Of a stretch of DNA of 64,000 bases, positions 63,001 to 64,000 are shown in pieces. The stretch is from NCBI GenBank assembly GCA_964612665.1, contig CAZTCI010000001.1, forward strand, positions 508,896 to 572,895, written 5' to 3'. Below the pieces are notes generated by a model. The model saw only the letters and a list, made by a program, of their open reading frames with translations. It had not been told where the DNA came from and made no database searches. The DNA is from an uncultured Planctomycetales bacterium. GTDB taxonomy: Bacteria > Omnitrophota > Gorgyraeia > Zapsychrales > JAHFFX01. The translations under genes and the position numbers were made by a program. Each line of letters begins with the position of its first letter. Within the stretch, counting starts at the first letter, position 1.

Positions 63001-64000
63001 GATCAGTCCGGAAATTGAAATCTTTTCTTGTGACTCCAAACGAAATGGATCTCTCACCAATACATCCATATCCTTCGGTTCCGACGGATTAGCCGCCTCC
63101 AACGCTTCTTGAATCAACGCGCTCACCGCGGATTCATCCATTTCCAGAATTTTTCCGGCTTCTTCAATTTCCAACGACGCCACGGCGATCAAATCTGAAT
63201 CCCCTTCGGTATTTTTATAACTCAACAATCGGCTGCCCCATAATGTAAATTCATGTTCAATCAGCGTGCTTAAAAAGATCGACTCGCTGTGATCGATGAT
63301 GGATTTTAGACGTTGGAATTCCGATGAGCTCGGATTGCGAAAGGCCTCGCGAATGCGTTTGGCGGCGCGTCGTTCAACAAATGCGGCTTCTTCACCTTCC
63401 ACATATTGCCTGAGGAAGAACTGTTCGACATCCTCAATACTCTGCATGGCCTTGACGCTTTGAACCAATGCCTCAGATAAATTCGCATTTGGCATTGAAT
63501 CTCCATTGGTCTCAGAGATATCTTCAACCTGGATATATCTCAACAACCGCTCATCCAATCGACGAATCATGTCGACTTCACTCACGGGATCGAGAATATC
63601 CCCGAGCACTCTCATAAGAATATCATTTATTCCTATCTTGGCGCGGGGGCTGTTAATGTCTTTCCTAAGCGTGTAATACAATAAAGTGATCTCCCGTTGG
63701 CGCCATTCGTATTGGAAAAAAATGCGATGGTCGCTCCACGGCAATTCCTGAATATGAGTCTCTGCGAAAATACTTGTGAACGCCTTTCCGATACTTTTCG
63801 GCTCGATCATCTGATTAACCCCACTGATCCAACGGGCGAGTTGATCCAAAATTTGATTTGTTTGATCGGCTGTCAATTCGTTAAACATCTGGCGATAAAA
63901 CGCAAGCGAATACCGCAGGGTTAATGGTAGAATCGCCGTCGTTCGAATCTCCGACGATTCATGGACCTGACCATTTCCATTATTTTTGATCGATTCTTTT
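1..64000 (-). CDS. Giant multidomain, probably membrane-tethered protein. One continuous reading frame covers the whole window, partial at both ends, with at least 21,333 codons in view.
   Basis: Minus-strand frame with codon first bases at positions divisible by 3. The provided track has zero complete ORFs in this frame, versus 24 and 8 short ones in the other two minus frames. About 15 manual spot translations between 600 and 64000 are all stop-free, in the same frame, and give recognisable domain motifs. No in-frame start or stop lies in the window. Confidence 0.85.
545..890 (-). other. Response-regulator receiver (REC) domain within the giant ORF.
   Basis: Translation of the reverse complement of ~900-560 reads KRLILLVDDDEDVLETISNDLIQRGYQVYTAANKEKALSTYHQLLAEGKLVDLLLTDNQMGKNNAGIELIVEMKRIGFPNPMII. 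This carries the acidic pocket DDD, the phospho-acceptor in LLLTDNQM and the conserved K. Confidence 0.8.
2933..2956. repeat. Simple hexanucleotide repeat (ttttgc)x4, encoding a (KA)n / DKDKAKAKAKA low-complexity stretch in the giant ORF.
   Basis: gcttttgcttttgcttttgcttt is seen directly. Minus-frame translation gives KMDKDKAKAKAKAV. Confidence 0.8.
3900..4215 (-). other. Class I SAM-dependent methyltransferase domain embedded in the giant ORF.
   Basis: The reverse complement of 4206-4141 reads LQEIGSGHRILDVGTGSGGIAG, which is motif I (GxGxG). Downstream are VVGLDNN and VNGDAQHLSFAPETFDVALLSFVLE (motifs II/III), ending near HGGEIHII. Confidence 0.75.
7720..10440 (-). other. Pyruvate-dehydrogenase E1 (AceE-type, homodimeric ThDP enzyme) domain of about 900 aa. 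It sits in frame within the giant ORF, with hydrophobic helices on both sides.
   Basis: Manual translation matches E. coli AceE along its length. GGHQAASASALHIMIALE...HKPHAAPVYHAIQYLLGRL aligns with GGHISSFASAATLYD...GHISPGVYARAFLEGRL. GIGPAVALALN...FAVLGDAESEEGNL...DGNTENWKLDQLRGMYAAAGWQVVEL aligns with MGLGPIGAIYQ...LGDGEMDEPES...DGPVTGNGKI...GAGWNVIKV. IIAHTIKGWGL aligns with ILAHTIKGYGM. A C-terminal GLSTRSVHKIYLHHGISDMHIAE is present. There is no stop before or after the domain. The flanks are LVLIALALDGLLAVSYFVGG on the N side and YSLVQYLLILIGVSILIVW on the C side. Confidence 0.8.
10709..10737 (+). promoter_or_regulatory. Sigma70-like promoter for the nested brnTA operon: TTGACA-N17-TATGTT.
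   Basis: ttgaca at 10709-10714, a 17-nt spacer, then tatgtt at 10732-10737. A palindrome TTGATCAA at ~10763-10770 lies between the promoter and the start codon and is a possible operator. The GTG start is at 10801, preceded by GGGAGAA. Confidence 0.55.
10801..11067 (+). CDS. brnT: BrnT-family (DUF497) type II toxin, nested antisense inside the giant ORF.
   Basis: The 88-aa product MKIWEFEWDNWNIEHIAKHSVKSQEVEEACYRRH...GRYLFIVIKYKSKGIVYPITARDMTDSEQRFF has the BrnT signature (FEWDxxKxxxNxxKHxV...EA, a GR.L.VV core and a C-terminal ARxxxxxE). It has a GTG start and is followed 3 nt later by brnA. Confidence 0.85.
   Translation: MKIWEFEWDNWNIEHIAKHSVKSQEVEEACYRRHVAKKTKDDIYLVYGQTYSGRYLFIVIKYKSKGIVYPITARDMTDSEQRFFLKRR
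11071..11325 (+). CDS. brnA: BrnA-family antitoxin (ribbon-helix-helix C-terminal region).
   Basis: The 84-aa product reads ...FKNVADAAEFFDQHDTTQFLDEL...LRRLADKMGKPSDQIVEQWITQKLAEG. The FK.xxEAxEFWDxHDxTDY N-terminal motif is typical of BrnA. A strong SD (aacGGAGGTaacatATG) precedes it, and it is operonic with brnT. Confidence 0.85.
   Translation: MIKKSSVIPKFKNVADAAEFFDQHDTTQFLDELQPAHLKFPKPKHLLITLKPKQITRLRRLADKMGKPSDQIVEQWITQKLAEG
12930..13600 (-). other. Three tandem LuxR/GerE-type HTH motifs within the giant ORF.
   Basis: The reverse complement of 13296-13100 reads ILSELELHILRLLNKGNTTIEIGQALSSPAINIRSKISRLYKVLAVTSERRELIKKARKLGL. Upstream is LSSRHIAILKGLYAGLNDKDIAAQLETGSETIRKSRSQIHQLL, and downstream is LNILYGFVEGLSDQQIAERFNVKQKAVQAIWSKI. 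Confidence 0.55.
17350..17950 (-). other. Four consecutive ~48-aa helical repeats (XRE-like HTH pattern) in the giant ORF.
   Basis: LKVLRKSLRMTAKDVGALSKVRARRISALENGHVRESVDRWNIILNKL, LKILREALRMSPEELAALAHISRNRINDLKSKNARWKADDLALLLNTM, LKLFRNILELSPQKIADLSNTTPFKIKGLEKG.. and LKAVRESLGMSQKDAGLLADISARVINDIEIGRIYPRRRDWIRLW. The first two units are each 48 aa as written. Confidence 0.45.
19450..20520 (-). other. FAD/NAD(P)-binding Rossmann oxidoreductase-like domain (DAO-type) in the giant ORF.
   Basis: The reverse complement of 20520-20401 reads RSAFVAPSKRKVAVIGGGIFGITAAWFIAQDSRYDVTLYE, then RNKLFGGVSGNWDRRLH. This is a GxGxxG dinucleotide-binding motif followed by an acidic residue ending the second beta-strand. 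Confidence 0.6.
23030..23058 (+). promoter_or_regulatory. Sigma70-like promoter TTGACA-N17-TATTCT upstream of a nested small plus-strand ORF.
   Basis: ttgaca at 23030-23035, a 17-nt spacer, tattct at 23053-23058, then GGAGGGGG at 23068-23075 and ATG at 23083. Confidence 0.45.
23083..23205 (+). CDS. Small nested ORF of 40 aa (MHKRKDKNMNAINMTDIVRKSMQELVVPELKILQGDVQSL) ending at TAG. It may be the N-terminal part of a ~125-aa coiled-coil protein interrupted by an in-frame TAG.
   Basis: It has its own promoter and SD. It is in plus frame 1, so it is codon-aligned antisense to the giant ORF. The heptad pattern continues directly across the TAG into the next ORF. Confidence 0.4.
   Translation: MHKRKDKNMNAINMTDIVRKSMQELVVPELKILQGDVQSL
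23275..23460 (+). CDS. Coiled-coil small protein (NSRMDSL NSRMDSL EKRLDNL DKRVDGL ERQIHSM...), in the same frame as and contiguous with the upstream 40-aa ORF.
   Basis: This is track ORF 23275..23460 with a TTG start. The in-frame sequence from 23206 reads NDNLEIKADLRILNNRVDNLEKSLNSRMDSL..., clean heptad repeats. No TTA/CTA/TCA codons are used, so the antisense giant frame stays open. Confidence 0.4.
   Translation: MNSRMDSLNSRMDSLEKRLDNLDKRVDGLERQIHSMREDFKLALDIHERLTALEVKISHHN
28830..28960 (-). other. HTH_XRE-like motif in the giant ORF.
   Basis: The reverse complement of ~28945-28860 reads QGLNQESLAKLSGVDQTTISMIAAGNRTLPHASTISKLLMAL. Confidence 0.5.
33517..33536. repeat. GC-rich palindromic element cccaaccCCGGAggttggg (7-bp stem, 5-nt loop). 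A near-identical copy at 34114-34133 shares the flanking aaagtttttccaccttc.
   Basis: Both copies and their 17-nt upstream flank are seen directly. The flank alone recurs near 32,680. In the giant frame the copies encode SSPTSGVGKVEKLSA / SSPTPGVGKVEKLFA, just before hydrophobic helices. Confidence 0.6.
37715..37875. repeat. Left copy of a ~160-bp direct repeat (~88% identical to 38915-39075) bracketing the nested vapBC-like locus.
   Basis: aagcggaaaattccgtcgaggaataacatca...cgcgcggaggttttcaaggatgacgcgggatttggagattagaacagcggccatcaaaacaataatgagaatttccgcgag matches 38915-39075. In the giant frame both copies encode a linker module AEILII.L.AAVL.SKSRVILENLRAFYE.LKTSPPS...MLFLDGIFRFI. Confidence 0.7.
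38147..38175 (+). promoter_or_regulatory. Near-consensus sigma70 promoter TTGACA-N17-TATACT driving the nested VapB-like/PIN operon.
   Basis: ttgaca at 38147-38152, a 17-nt spacer, tatact at 38170-38175, then AAAGGAGA at 38185-38192 and ATG at 38200. Confidence 0.6.
38200..38391 (+). CDS. Small basic antitoxin-like protein of 63 aa (MTSLQDAMKIIKPLQNRFKKSHKSRRKTKIADDLLGAFKGATEGKSSSQCVRELRNSSYGKFK), upstream partner of the PIN-domain gene.
   Basis: It has a strong SD, and its 3' end overlaps the PIN ORF start by 17 nt (38375-38391), as is typical for type II TA operons. Family assignment of the antitoxin is uncertain. Confidence 0.6.
   Translation: MTSLQDAMKIIKPLQNRFKKSHKSRRKTKIADDLLGAFKGATEGKSSSQCVRELRNSSYGKFK
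38375..38842 (+). CDS. vapC: PIN-domain (VapC-like) toxin, nested antisense in the giant ORF.
   Basis: The 155-aa product is MVSLNNPSLLLDSDVLVSWL...MEIRFV...SPTDAILLSVATTLDNVVLITRDRELLKAASKI. The acidic residues are arranged PIN-style (LLDSDVL, E in the middle, TDAILL, TRDRE). It overlaps the upstream small ORF. Confidence 0.75.
   Translation: MVSLNNPSLLLDSDVLVSWLTLEEDILTHKKLWEAPHKIMTMVEENSSLGCSTIINLMEIRFVLRAKKKFSEHKITSSLNKLSEILKLFIPDEINLLKANELQSKYLSLSPTDAILLSVATTLDNVVLITRDRELLKAASKIVSASTPEEFLAKR
38915..39075. repeat. Right copy of the ~160-bp direct repeat bracketing the vapBC-like locus.
   Basis: See the left copy at 37715-37875. Confidence 0.7.
39250..39565 (-). other. GHKL histidine-kinase ATPase (HATPase_c) domain in the giant ORF.
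   Basis: The reverse complement of 39561-39521 reads MTHAFINLLKNAVY (N box). The reverse complement of 39435-39421 reads DNGPG (G1). Then GTGQGL (G2) and a C-terminal GASFFVTLP follow. Upstream helices resemble a DHp region. Confidence 0.6.
42200..43750 (-). other. SF2 helicase-like module (DEAD-like Walker A/B motifs) in the giant ORF.
   Basis: The reverse complement of 43680-43661 reads DTSAGKT (Walker A). The reverse complement of 43329-43303 reads LDEADYYLW (motif II, DEAD). The reverse complement of ~42280-42242 reads RDMRQIMARIARN (a motif-VI-like arginine finger). Confidence 0.55.
43960..45700. repeat. Tandem direct duplication of a ~1 kb unit (~85-90% identity), plus internal 65-bp sub-repeats at ~44697-44760 and ~44905-44968.
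   Basis: gataaagattccatctga(a/g)...cctcctcttccaacggcga...aaaagcaattccaaaataatgggcgagatgatggactga... recurs at ~43995 and ~45000, and the similarity continues for ~700-1000 bp. The sub-repeat gatgatgatagattcatcgatga(g/a)ctgaacattctc(a/g)ttctgctcaaaagcgataggaatctcg encodes DEIPIAFEQNENVQ(L/F)IDESIII. Confidence 0.8.
44150..44290 (-). other. HTH_XRE motif, with one copy per tandem-repeat unit. The second copy is at ~45150-45290.
   Basis: LTHLRKELDLSQTQFAEILQLSQSSVKNYEQGRFEISMERFFKSVHHLAHYFGI. Confidence 0.55.
50160..50700 (-). other. TPR-like helical repeats in the giant ORF.
   Basis: The reverse complement of 50640-50581 reads SLEQAWFTLFKGMIHFDQQH, continuing YVEANQAFVQALAIN..., with further W/Y...A...F...A spaced units downstream. 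Confidence 0.4.
59700..59870 (-). other. HTH_XRE motif in the giant ORF.
   Basis: SSSDLARQGLATKLGMSGNSIRRIENNLQFTQVAKIVQIANILQ. Confidence 0.45.

Noticed and set aside
1-64000. Alternative genetic code (reassigned TGA or TAG) as the reason the track shows only short ORFs.
   Set aside because: The giant minus frame is already stop-free under the standard code, so no reassignment is needed. brnA, the VapB-like gene and the PIN gene terminate on TAA/TGA as expected. Only the internal TAG at 23203 hints at anything unusual, and that is more simply a nonsense mutation or two adjacent ORFs.
1-64000. tRNA, rRNA or other structured ncRNA genes, and rho-independent terminators.
   Set aside because: I saw no tRNA-like cloverleaf or rRNA-like segments while reading. 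There are no intergenic gaps at all on the minus strand. I did not see convincing GC-hairpin-plus-T-tract terminators after the nested operons, but I cannot exclude them without folding software.

Overview
The supplied six-frame ORF track is misleading for this window. The window is essentially one uninterrupted reading frame on the minus strand, the frame whose codon first bases sit at coordinates divisible by 3. The track lists no complete minus-strand ORF in that frame. I hand-translated it at more than 12 places, around 600-900, 4,200, 7,750, 10,500-11,400, 13,300, 20,400-20,520, 23,000-23,460, 30,000, 38,400-38,880, 39,250-39,560, 43,330-43,680, 45,000, 50,600, 60,000 and 63,900-64,000. 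Every stretch was stop-free and protein-like. Both ends run off the window, so this is a giant gene longer than 64 kb (at least 21,333 codons). An ORF caller that demands an in-window start and stop cannot see it. The encoded protein is a mosaic of unrelated modules separated by hydrophobic transmembrane-like linkers. Recognisable modules are an AceE-type pyruvate-dehydrogenase E1 domain, a class-I SAM methyltransferase, an FAD/NAD(P)-binding oxidoreductase, an SF2 DEAD-like helicase, a GHKL histidine-kinase ATPase, a C-terminal-side receiver domain, several LuxR- and XRE-type HTH motifs and TPR-like repeats. There are also internal nucleotide duplications. At least three small plus-strand gene units lie nested antisense inside this frame: a BrnT/BrnA toxin-antitoxin pair, a VapB-like/PIN(VapC-like) toxin-antitoxin pair and a small coiled-coil gene. 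Each has a TTGACA-N17-TAnnnT sigma70-type promoter and a Shine-Dalgarno site. None of them interrupts the giant frame. A giant modular ORF that reads antisense through independently promoted nested TA operons is, as far as I know, undescribed. All coordinates for internal domains are approximate (about +/-60 bp), because they come from manual translation.
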